A stretch of 56,558 nt of DNA from IMG/VR virus record IMGVR_UViG_3300010214_000031, positions 1-56,558 of that record. One strand, given 5' to 3'. A model generated the notes under the pieces. The model saw only the letters and a program-made list of their open reading frames with translations, did not search any database and had not been told where the DNA came from. The stretch is from a virus (Duplodnaviria > Caudoviricetes). Both the position numbers and the translations under genes were made by a program. This document shows positions 1 to 8,800 of this stretch, one piece after another (within the stretch, counting starts at the first letter, position 1; every line of letters begins with the position of its first letter).

Positions 1-249
1 ATGGAAATGGAATGCACGGCCCTCGTGGGGAAGGCCTATTACGAGATCAAGCTCGACGACATTGCCGAGTGGTGGGTTCTTGGAGGCCGATGCGGCTGCT
101 GCGGACACAAGGGGCCGCTCGATCGCAACAGGCTTGAGCGGCGAGCGCAAAACCGGTTTCTGCGGTTCGCCAGCCGCTTCATCTACTGCACCAGGTGCGG
201 AAACCGGCACCTGAATTCTTTCTACATCGCTGGTAAGCTGTCCCGATGA
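1..249 (+). CDS. Small putative Zn-binding hypothetical protein
   Basis: 82-aa ORF with two Cys pairs (CGCCGH, CTRCGN); start is at the window edge. Confidence 0.6.
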   Translation: MEMECTALVGKAYYEIKLDDIAEWWVLGGRCGCCGHKGPLDRNRLERRAQNRFLRFASRFIYCTRCGNRHLNSFYIAGKLSR

Positions 250-268
250 ACAGCAAGGATCAGCGCCG

Positions 269-511
269 ATGATGTGGTTCTCTCCTGCCGTGCAGGTCAA
301 GGAAATCGCGAGCGGCCATACCTACAACGTAAAGGCTGTAGAGATCTGCGTCGAGCAGATGGAGACCTGGCCAAAGCGCGGCCCCAGGTGGCGCAAGGCC
401 TATAAGGTCTGTTTCGATGCGCTCGAGGGCATGGCCACCCCTGACGACGCCCGCAAAGCATTTGAGGCCGCCGCCGAAGAAGCCGGCGTCCTTCGCCACA
501 TCGCCCCCTGA
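269..511 (+). CDS. DUF982 family protein
   Basis: WF.PAV N-terminus, WP...GP..RKA...C..AL.G....ARKAFEAAAEEAG pattern. Confidence 0.8.
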   Translation: MMWFSPAVQVKEIASGHTYNVKAVEICVEQMETWPKRGPRWRKAYKVCFDALEGMATPDDARKAFEAAAEEAGVLRHIAP

Positions 512-520
512 GCTGGAGCA

Positions 521-820
521 GTGCCCATGAACGGCCGCATAGACTTCGCCAACGAGATCGAAAGCGCCTCCAATCGCATCGCCGACATCAGTCGTGCAGA
601 CCTTCAGATCATGCTTCGCCGGGCAGCCTTGCGGCTGAGAAACGCGGAAGGCATCGTCCTGGCGCAGAAGGTCGAAGACGCTCTTGCGGCCGCCGGCGTC
701 ACCTATGGCCTCCAGCGCAAGGAGATGCTGGCCAGCCTCATCCACGACTGGCTGCAGGGTCACGGCTACCTGCCGACCGAAGAGCTATCCGACGACAGCG
801 AGACCGACGGCAACGCATAG
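521..820 (+). CDS. Hypothetical protein
   Basis: 99-aa ORF with GGAG RBS; in series with the two upstream genes. Confidence 0.6.
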   Translation: MPMNGRIDFANEIESASNRIADISRADLQIMLRRAALRLRNAEGIVLAQKVEDALAAAGVTYGLQRKEMLASLIHDWLQGHGYLPTEELSDDSETDGNA

Positions 821-902
821 CGTTTCAGTGGCCAAACGGCCGTCGGCAAACGCACTAAGTAAACATCTATATCGGGTCACAAAATCTGCATAAACGCCCC
901 CC

Positions 903-932
903 TTGACGACGGTAAGTCAAAAGGCGCACCAT
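903..932 (+). promoter_or_regulatory. Putative sigma70 promoter for the 43-aa peptide gene
   Basis: TTGACG (903-908), 18 bp, CACCAT (927-932) in an AT-richer intergenic region. Confidence 0.4.
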
Positions 933-975
933 TTCTTTGTCGGCAGTTCTCCTTTTTCTTCAAATGGAGAGCTGT

Positions 976-1107
976 ATGTCCAAGAAAAAACCTTCCCGCC
1001 CCCGTCGCCCTGCCAACGCTCGCTTCCGCGGTGTCAGGTTTGATCTTGCTGCAGCAATCTCCCTGGCAAGGCTTCTCTACGAACTTGCGCGCGACTGGCT
1101 GGTATGA
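976..1107 (+). CDS. 43-aa basic/amphipathic peptide (not in ORF track)
   Basis: Hand translation MSKKKPSRPRRPANARFRGVRFDLAAAISLARLLYELARDWLV; GGAGAG RBS upstream. Confidence 0.55.
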   Translation: MSKKKPSRPRRPANARFRGVRFDLAAAISLARLLYELARDWLV

Positions 1108-1111
1108 ACGC

Positions 1112-1143
1112 AAAAGCCCGCCCCGGTCTCCCGGCGCGGGCTT
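1112..1143 (-). terminator. Rho-independent terminator ending the late/lysis transcript (possibly bidirectional)
   Basis: GC-rich inverted repeat AAGCCCGC...GCGGGCTT followed by TTTT on the minus strand. Confidence 0.75.
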
Positions 1144-1164
1144 GCATGGCGCTTCATGTGGATT

Positions 1165-1548
1165 TCAAGGTGGCGGACGGCCGGTCAGCCAGGAATAGAG
1201 ACCGACCGCATAGCCAACAGCACCCACTATGCCGATGCCGACCTTTATCAAGACCCGGCCTGCGGTTCCGGCACCTTGCGCTTGGTTGCCCAACTTCACG
1301 ACGTCGTCGGTCACCGCCTTTGCGGCCGCAACGTCCTTGGTGAGAACGGCGACGCTGGTTTTCATGTCGCCGACCTCATCCACGAGCTCGTCCACACGCC
1401 GATGCATGGTCGCGCGATGCTGTTCCGCTCGCCGGTTGTCTTCGCCTGCCTTTTCCTCGGCCTTGTCTATCTTCTGACCTAGATTCTTGACCTCGTTGGT
1501 GAGTGTTCCCAGCGCCCGGAAAATCTCTGGCAGGCTACCTTCGGTCAT
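1165..1548 (-). CDS. DUF1515-like coiled-coil protein with C-terminal TM helix
   Basis: Heptad N-terminal region, hydrophobic VLIKVGIGIVGAVGYAVGLY; last gene of the lysis cassette. Confidence 0.65.
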   Translation of the reverse strand: MTEGSLPEIFRALGTLTNEVKNLGQKIDKAEEKAGEDNRRAEQHRATMHRRVDELVDEVGDMKTSVAVLTKDVAAAKAVTDDVVKLGNQAQGAGTAGRVLIKVGIGIVGAVGYAVGLYSWLTGRPPP

Positions 1549-1575
1549 GACTTCGCCCCTCCGCCGCCAGCGATG

Positions 1576-1845
1576 TCATCCCTGCCCCCGATTCCATTGC
1601 CTGATGCGCTCAAGCTGGGCGGCGCAGGTGGCGCGCGACGCTTCGGTGGCGTCGTAAGTCGAGACGATGGCCTCGACGTCCGGCCAGGGCCGCGTGTCCT
1701 TGCCCGGGCACGACACCAGCAGCCCCTCGGGAATTTGCTGCTTCACCGGTTCGGTCTTGACCACGATGCGCTCACCGGCCGCGCAGCTTGCGATAATCGT
1801 CAGGCACGCGAGCGCGCAGAAAATTGCGAACTTCCTCGTTGGCAT
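1576..1845 (-). CDS. o-spanin (Rz1-like lipoprotein)
   Basis: Signal peptide with lipobox IIASC; overlaps the 3' end of the i-spanin gene. Confidence 0.75.
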   Translation of the reverse strand: MPTRKFAIFCALACLTIIASCAAGERIVVKTEPVKQQIPEGLLVSCPGKDTRPWPDVEAIVSTYDATEASRATCAAQLERIRQWNRGQG

Positions 1846-2137
1846 TTTTCAGCTCCTCCTGCTTCTTCGACATATCGGCCACCGCATCGCCGACCTGCCG
1901 CATCTCTTCGATCAAGGAGGCCATCAGCCGCCCGTCGAACCGCCGCTGTTCCTGCAGCGCGTAGATGGTTTTGACGTTGTCGGCGTTGGCGGCGACCGCT
2001 TGGTCACGCTCGAGGGTGACGCGTGCTGCTTTGGCCTCGGCCTCTTTGGCGTTGCTGCGCCAGTAGAGTGCCAGCCCGCCGACGGACAGGAACGCGATTG
2101 CCGCCAGGCCAGCGAGAATCAGGCGAAGCTGGGCCAT
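1772..2137 (-). CDS. i-spanin (Rz-like)
   Basis: N-terminal TM helix plus coiled coil, directly after the endolysin. Confidence 0.75.
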   Translation of the reverse strand: MAQLRLILAGLAAIAFLSVGGLALYWRSNAKEAEAKAARVTLERDQAVAANADNVKTIYALQEQRRFDGRLMASLIEEMRQVGDAVADMSKKQEELKNANEEVRNFLRARVPDDYRKLRGR

Positions 2138-2138
2138 C

Positions 2139-2723
2139 TCAGATCCCCGACACGCACAATTCTGCTTCGCCGATGCGCTGCGCGTCGCCCATCTCGCGGC
2201 GGTTCACCAGCCCGATACGCACCTGGCCGCCGGCCTTGTTGAAGGCGGTCGCTGCAATGCAGCTATCCCAGAACCTTCCTGCCGTCCCCAGACGGGCAGC
2301 AGTCGAGCTGCAGGCGCGCGCCGGGCCAATGTTCCACGCCAGCGAGATCATCATCGATCGCCAGCTCAACGGCTGCTCCTCCCAGCCATTGATGCAGCGA
2401 ACCAGTGGCGGTCGATAATCGCGCTCCATCTTCACGGCGAGGCGCTTGTCGCAGCCGGCCGGCGTCTCGACCATGCCAGGCTTTACGTTGGTCGTGTCGC
2501 CGTCGCAGATGGTCCACACAGCCGGCCTTGCCAGCGTGTCGAGATAAGCGCGCAGCTTGCGCCCCTCCCACGGCTGGACGAGCGTATTGATTGCCAAGGC
2601 GACGTCGTCATGCACCGGCGGCTGGCCGGGAAACAGCGCCACCATGCCGCCGATCGCAACGGCGACGATCGCGGCGATAGCGGCCTTGGCCCGGCCGGAA
2701 GGCCTGATCTTATTCAGGGGCAT
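2139..2723 (-). CDS. Endolysin, GH24 lysozyme, probably SAR-type
   Basis: WEG...YLD......WTICDGDT catalytic pattern, GLVNRR; Ala/Gly-rich N-terminal anchor; start re-assigned to MPLNK. Confidence 0.9.
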   Translation of the reverse strand: MPLNKIRPSGRAKAAIAAIVAVAIGGMVALFPGQPPVHDDVALAINTLVQPWEGRKLRAYLDTLARPAVWTICDGDTTNVKPGMVETPAGCDKRLAVKMERDYRPPLVRCINGWEEQPLSWRSMMISLAWNIGPARACSSTAARLGTAGRFWDSCIAATAFNKAGGQVRIGLVNRREMGDAQRIGEAELCVSGI

Positions 2724-2946
2724 CGATCTCTTCTCCGGCGATGGAGGGCTGCGGAATGAGCCGCAGCAGCGGAATGGCCAGTGCCAGCCCACCATTCAGG
2801 ACGGCGAGCCAGATCGGCGGCACCGGCAGCGATGCAGTGATGATCGCGACCGTCACATAGACGGCGTTCACTACGGCCAGGATGATGCCGACACGCACGG
2901 TCCACGCGTAGCGCAGCACGGCGCGCCAGTTCGAAACCAGCTTCAT
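2710..2946 (-). CDS. Holin
   Basis: 78 aa, MKLVSNWR..LR.AW start, two TM helices, overlaps the endolysin start. Confidence 0.75.
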   Translation of the reverse strand: MKLVSNWRAVLRYAWTVRVGIILAVVNAVYVTVAIITASLPVPPIWLAVLNGGLALAIPLLRLIPQPSIAGEEIDAPE

Positions 2947-2972
2947 GGCTAAGTCCTTTTCGGTTGGCTGGA

Positions 2973-5306
2973 TCAGTAGAGGCCGCCGCGGCCCGCTTCG
3001 ATCTCGCGGGATGCGGCTGGGCTGATGTCGCGGCCCCGGCTGACGTCGTAAGAGCGATCGGAGCCGGAGGGACGAGACGGTGCGTTGGGGAATGGGCCGC
3101 CGGCTACGGGATTGGCGAACTTCATCTGCTTGCCCAGGATGTTCGTCGTGTAGCCACCCATCAGCTTCGACAGCAGGCTGTTCTGGGTGATGTTGCCACT
3201 GGAGACCTTCTGCCCCAACTTCGCCCCTACAGCGCCGCCTATGGGGCCGGCGACCATGTTCCCCAGCACCGCACCAAGGAGGGAGCCGGCGATCTCCTTG
3301 CCAGGCGGCAGGCTATCGAACATGCCCTTGAGAGGATCGGACAGCCCCGACTTGCTCAGAGTGCTGCTGCCCGGCCTAGAGGCCATCTGGCGGCCGTCCG
3401 CGCCTACCTTCGTCGTTGCGCCGAATTCGTTGGTGATCGAGATGTTTCCGAACGGATCTCGATCGACCTTGCTGCCGTCGTTGGCAACGCCAGAGGTGGC
3501 CCGCCCGGAATAGACGTCGCTTGCGGTAAATTGCGGTTCGGCCGGTGGTGCTGACACGCTGAAGGCCTCGTCGATCCGCTGGTTCGGCGTCTTCACCGTC
3601 TTCGGCTGAAGTCGCGGCCCTTTCGGCGTCGTGACGGGCTGCGGCGGCGCTGTCACGAACAATGGCTGCGCAGGCTTGGGCGCAAAGGCCTGCTTGGGTC
3701 CGAGAAGCGTCGACGACAACAGATCGGCGTTGATGTCGACCGTCTGTGGGACAGTGCCGCGCTGATACTGCCCATATTGCGCCGCGAGTTCTGCAGCCGT
3801 CGGCCCTGGCGCCGGAGCTGGTGCAGCTCGGCTTGCTGCCGCCTGTTGATAGACCTGTGCCTGCTTCTGCGGTGAGGGAGCCTGCTCAAATGTCTGCTTC
3901 GGCGTCGTCTTAGCCGGCGCAGTCATCCGAGCCGAAGCGAAGGATGGTGCTTTGACTGTACCCTGCCCCAGCAACGTTTCCATAGATGCGGGCCGGTTGG
4001 GCATGGTTGCTGCTGCCGCCGGCGACACGAACGCTGCCAACGGGTCCGACTTGGCCGGAAGCCTGTCGGTCTTGGCGACGGTCGTTGCCGAACGCGGCCC
4101 AAACCTTTCGGGGTCGGGCTCGTGCGGCTTTGCCTCAGCGATCTTTTCGCGCTGGACGTTGCCCGCTGGCGCCGCGATGAGATCGGCCGGCCGCTGCGAT
4201 GCGGGAGCAAGGGGCTTGCGATCAACCGGGCCAACAGGTGCTGGCGCCAATGGATCGGGCATCCGTCCTGCCGGCGCCTGCATCTCCGCCGGCAGGGCGG
4301 CCTCATAGAAGCTCGACGGCATCAGAGCCGAGTTGCGGGCGTCGGCGAGGAGATCGGCATTGGCATTGCCGACTGATCCCCATTCGAAATCCTGCCCAGG
4401 GTGAAGGTCGGTCACCGTGTCCAGGTGCATGGTGCCGTTGCCCATGTATTCCGGGCCATAGCCCACGCCCATGCCACCCTTGGCGGCAAAGGCCTGCGCA
4501 ACGTCCATCATCTTCTGCGGGTCGGTGATCCTCTTGCCCGTCGTCGTGTCGACGAATCGGACATCGCCGGCGAGCCCGCGCGGATCACGATGCCTCGAGG
4601 AGCCGTACTCGCCTTGTCCCGAGACAATGTCTACCCGCACGTTCGGGCCGAGCACATCAGTCGCCGCATCCTGGACGAGACTGACAAAATCAGCGCCGGG
4701 AGGATTCGGCCGGTGTTTGCCCATGGCGAGACCGACAGTGGCCATCTGCCGCGCCGGTAGATCACTGTTCGGGTCGGGCAGCTCGGAGACCGGCTCGAAC
4801 TCTGCTGTCCTGAACGCGCTGCCCGCCCCGCTCAGCGCATCCATCACCTTCGCCACCACTTCCCGCACCGGCGCCGACAACGTCTCTAGCACGCTCGCCG
4901 ACGGCTGCGGCTTGGCCCAGCCTACTGCCGTGCGGAAGGAGCGGCCTTGCGGGTCGGTGAAAAATTGGTGCCCTGTGGTCGTCGCAACGCGCTGGAGACC
5001 ATCAGGCAGGTTGGAAACCGCCTTCGGCGTCGCGTAATACATACCGGAATGCGTCGGCCCGTTTTTGGCGACGTGGTTCAGGGCTTTTTCGGCCAATCCA
5101 CGGTACTGGTCCACGCCAGCCGGCAAATTGCGGTTGTAGGCATTGAACTCGCCGCTGTGCGCCACGACATCCTGTTGCGACAGGCCAGAGGCACGGGCAC
5201 GATTGTCGATCACCGACGCAATGGCCAGCATATCCTTGAAGCGCTGCTGCCTCGAACCCGAGACGGCCTCGCCGAGGATGACATCGGTGACGGATTTTGC
5301 TCTCAT
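2973..5306 (-). CDS. Virion-associated cell-wall hydrolase (SleB/Hydrolase_2-like plus M15-like peptidase, Pro/Ala-rich tail)
   Basis: ILGEA...IASVIDNRA...EFNAYN...YYATP...GHQFF; SSRH...GLAGD...MHLD; C-terminal glycine zipper; start re-assigned to MRAKS. Confidence 0.7.
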   Translation of the reverse strand: MRAKSVTDVILGEAVSGSRQQRFKDMLAIASVIDNRARASGLSQQDVVAHSGEFNAYNRNLPAGVDQYRGLAEKALNHVAKNGPTHSGMYYATPKAVSNLPDGLQRVATTTGHQFFTDPQGRSFRTAVGWAKPQPSASVLETLSAPVREVVAKVMDALSGAGSAFRTAEFEPVSELPDPNSDLPARQMATVGLAMGKHRPNPPGADFVSLVQDAATDVLGPNVRVDIVSGQGEYGSSRHRDPRGLAGDVRFVDTTTGKRITDPQKMMDVAQAFAAKGGMGVGYGPEYMGNGTMHLDTVTDLHPGQDFEWGSVGNANADLLADARNSALMPSSFYEAALPAEMQAPAGRMPDPLAPAPVGPVDRKPLAPASQRPADLIAAPAGNVQREKIAEAKPHEPDPERFGPRSATTVAKTDRLPAKSDPLAAFVSPAAAATMPNRPASMETLLGQGTVKAPSFASARMTAPAKTTPKQTFEQAPSPQKQAQVYQQAAASRAAPAPAPGPTAAELAAQYGQYQRGTVPQTVDINADLLSSTLLGPKQAFAPKPAQPLFVTAPPQPVTTPKGPRLQPKTVKTPNQRIDEAFSVSAPPAEPQFTASDVYSGRATSGVANDGSKVDRDPFGNISITNEFGATTKVGADGRQMASRPGSSTLSKSGLSDPLKGMFDSLPPGKEIAGSLLGAVLGNMVAGPIGGAVGAKLGQKVSSGNITQNSLLSKLMGGYTTNILGKQMKFANPVAGGPFPNAPSRPSGSDRSYDVSRGRDISPAASREIEAGRGGLY

Positions 5307-5331
5307 AAGGGCACAACCTTCGGAGGCGGGG

Positions 5332-5631
5332 ATGTTGAGGGCTCTGGCTGCCCTTCTGATCATGACGGCACCGGCTGCCGCCAAGATGTGGAAGGACAAG
5401 GAATGCACCGTCGGCCTGATGTCGCAGGACGGCGGATTTTCGTTTCAGCCGCACGACCAGGACGCCGTGCGCTGCGTCATCAAGGACTGGCCGGTTGATC
5501 GGCCTGATGCTGACTTGAGTTGCGAAGACGGCACCATGCGAAAAATGGTGCTGGTCTCTGACGACAAGCTCGTCTTCGACGGCATCGAGATGTTCGCCGT
5601 CACCGACATAGAGGCTTTCTGCAAATGGTGA
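5332..5631 (+). CDS. Small secreted Cys-containing protein (moron-like)
   Basis: GGAGG RBS, signal peptide MLRALAALLIMTAPAAA, 4 Cys in the mature part. Confidence 0.65.
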   Translation: MLRALAALLIMTAPAAAKMWKDKECTVGLMSQDGGFSFQPHDQDAVRCVIKDWPVDRPDADLSCEDGTMRKMVLVSDDKLVFDGIEMFAVTDIEAFCKW

Positions 5632-5855
5632 GGACCGCCCCGCTCGCTGCCGTGATCCTGCTGCTCGGCGCTGCCTATCTCTGGGCCGACCGGCTCTACA
5701 TCATCAACGATGCCGGAGCGATGGTAACCATCGTCAACAAGTGGACCGGCAGCATCCAGTTCTGCAATCCGAGCGACTGTGCGCCGGTCAGGATGGCCAG
5801 CGCTGGTCAGCCGGCGATCCCTGCCCCGCCGCCAGGCTTCACGATCGACGAATAA
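5625..5855 (+). CDS. Small membrane-anchored protein (moron-like)
   Basis: N-terminal TM helix, CxxxxC, C-terminal PAPPPGFTIDE; overlaps the upstream gene. Confidence 0.65.
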   Translation: MVRTAPLAAVILLLGAAYLWADRLYIINDAGAMVTIVNKWTGSIQFCNPSDCAPVRMASAGQPAIPAPPPGFTIDE

Positions 5856-8800
5856 CTACTTGCGCGCGGCGGCTTCAACGTAGGCGGTGCGGGCACCGCG
5901 CATCGCCTCCAGCTCCCGCTTCTTCAGCTCCTCGAGCTGTGCCTTGTCGGGATCGCCACGACGGCGCTGCTTGTTGATCGCACGCCTGGCCTTTTCCGCA
6001 GCCTTGAAGGCACCAAGCGCCTCGAGTTCGACGCGATGCCGGCCCATGAACTCGCGCAGCGCCGCCTCGTCGCCCTTCTCCTGGTAGGCCTTCATGTAGC
6101 CTTCGACGGCAAAGACCGCTTCGCGCTTTCGGAAATACTCGGTCCGCTGGCTGTCTTCGTCGATCGCGCCGTAGAAATTCCTCACCCATGGCACTTTCTT
6201 GGGCTCAAGCTCGCCGCGCACCGCGCCTTCGGCAGATTGCTCTGCCTGCGTGACAAAACGGCCAAGACCGCCGACGAAATAGCCCCAAAGGTGCTCCAGC
6301 GTGTCGGGATGGATGTCCACCGCACCAGGTTCGATCTCGTTGCCGCCGCTGGCCCTGTTGAACATCTTGGCGATCCAGATGAACGCCGGGTGGGTGGCCG
6401 CAAAGGCTTTGCTGCTCTGCGGATCTGGCGACCGATCAAAGGGATTTTCCTCCGGATAGATCGGTGCCCCGGCAAAGTTCTCGTTGGCGAGGATGTCTAC
6501 GGCCGGGTCGACAATGGTCGGCGACACCATGTTGGCGATCGAGCCCGAGCCAATGGGGTTGAAGGCGTCGAAGGCCACACGAACGGCGTCGAGGATGGCT
6601 ATCACGGGCGCCTTGTCGCCTGTCATCAACGCCGCGCCCTGCGTGCCAAGGTGGTGGAAGGCGTTGTAGCCGTAAGGCATCGGGAACGCGACATAGCGCT
6701 CGGTGCCGGGGATGAAGAACACGAACTGGCGTTCCAGCTTCCACGGCTCATTGACGAGCATTTTGCGATAGTAGGATTCGCCGTCGTCGTCCTCTCCCGA
6801 CATCATGCTGTTCCAGAGGTGCTGCATCATGCCGCCGAAGATGAACGACGCCACGGCGGCCCGAACGGCCTTCGACTGCACCATGCGCTTGGCGATGTTG
6901 TAGTTGCCCTGCAGCGCGGCGTTGAAGAAGACGAACCAGGCGCTCATCTCCGGCCCCTTCTCGCCGTGCTTCTTGAAGTCCACGGTCAGGTCACGAGCCA
7001 TGTATGCGGCCTGCTTGGCGGTGCGACCCTGCGCCTTGCGAGCAGCGACATAAGCTGCAAGGCGGATGCCGTTTTCGCCGGCATCGTTGAGGTCGCCGAT
7101 GAACCTGAAAACAGCCTTTATCGCCGCCACAAAGTGGTTTTCGCCATCGACGGATCGCGAGACCTGTTTTTCCAGTCTCTTCAGGCTCTCCTCAAGGGTC
7201 GCGTAGTTGTGGAACGAGATCTTGCCGCCGGCGTCGAAATACTCCTTGGCGAAACGATCCCATTCGCTCGAACCCGCAGTTTGGCGCTGCTGGCGCCAAA
7301 TCGCACCCCAAGCCTTCGGGATGTCACGAACAACCCCGGCAACCTGGACGACTGAAAAGCCCTCATCGAGCAGGTGCACCGCTCCGGCCTGGACGTCTCG
7401 AATGACGTTGATCGGCGTGAAGGCAGGGTTTGCCCGCGTGTTGACGATGGACTGCCACACAGTCAGCGGTCGCACGATCTTGGTGAGCGACCCGATTTCC
7501 GCGGTGCCAAGCTTCCGGAGTGCGCGGCCGATCTTCGGGTCTTTGAACCTGATCCAGTAGGTTTTGCCGCCGACCTTGGCCGCGAGCACATCGTCGCGGT
7601 TCGAGAACGGATTCGGCACACGCTGCTTCGTGACCTTGCCGCTTGCGTCAATCACTCGCTTGTAGACAGCCGGTGCCTTGACGATGTCGAAATCGCCTTC
7701 TCCGCCCCAGAACACCTGCGCGATCTGTTCTCCCTTGGGGTCGAATTCGTTGATGAAGCGCAGCATGGCCTTGCCGACGTCGTTCTTCTTCTGGCGAAGG
7801 ATCGACGACTCGCTCTGCACGATCGCGTGCGCGACGATGTTGTCCGCCTCGGAATAGCGACCCAACGCGGCCTTGAACTCGTCGCCGCGCACGTCGAAGC
7901 CCGATTTGCCCGGCTTCCAGAAACCTTCCTCGTCCTGCCCCTCGTTGCCTTTCAGCGGCACATAGTGCTGCCACTGCTCGGACAGCAGCCGATAGGTCTC
8001 GTCGGAGATCAATCCAGCTCGGCGCTGGTTGCGCATTTCGTTGTCAAGCATCTGCCGCACATGGCCTGCGGCTTCGTTCAAGCCACGGAACCGCTGCGGG
8101 TCTTTGCGATATCCGGTAATGATGCGCCTGGCCTCATTGGTCGACATGCCGGAGGCACCGATTGCGTCGTGATCGGTGACGGCCTTGAACAGCTCGCTAT
8201 CAGGCGGATTTCGCTTGCCGACGACACGGTTCCGCTCTTCGGCATGCAGCGCATAGAGGTAGCGGTGCAAATCCTCGATCGAAGCATTGGCAGCCACCAG
8301 AGCGTCGACCATCGGCGTCACATAGACGTCGTGCATCGTCTGGATCTGGGCCAGGGCCGCATCTTCAGCCAAGCGGGCGTTGAGATAGGCGTCGTTCAGC
8401 TCGGTGAGTTTGTGGCCACTCCGCTCCTGCATCATCCGCAACGGATGGAGGTAGTCGACCCATTTCCGATGCAGATAGTCGGACGCCGTCTCGCCGTCGT
8501 TACGAATGCCGCGGTCCCGCGATGAGAGCCCCTTCATGGCGGCGACACCACGACGAAGGGCTCGGTCGAGCCGCTGGCCGACGAGCGCACCAGGAACATC
8601 CTTGGCGGGGACACTGGCTGGCACGCGCTCGGCTAGTGAATAGAAGCGCTCCACCTTGATGCGGCTGTCGTCATAGATGACGTAGTTGTAGGTGCCCTCC
8701 CCCTCGTCACGCGACATGCCATCGAGATATCGATGACCAGGTAGACCAGCGCGCAAGAATGCCTTTGACGTTTCCTCAGGGCCGTTCAGCAAGCTCACGG

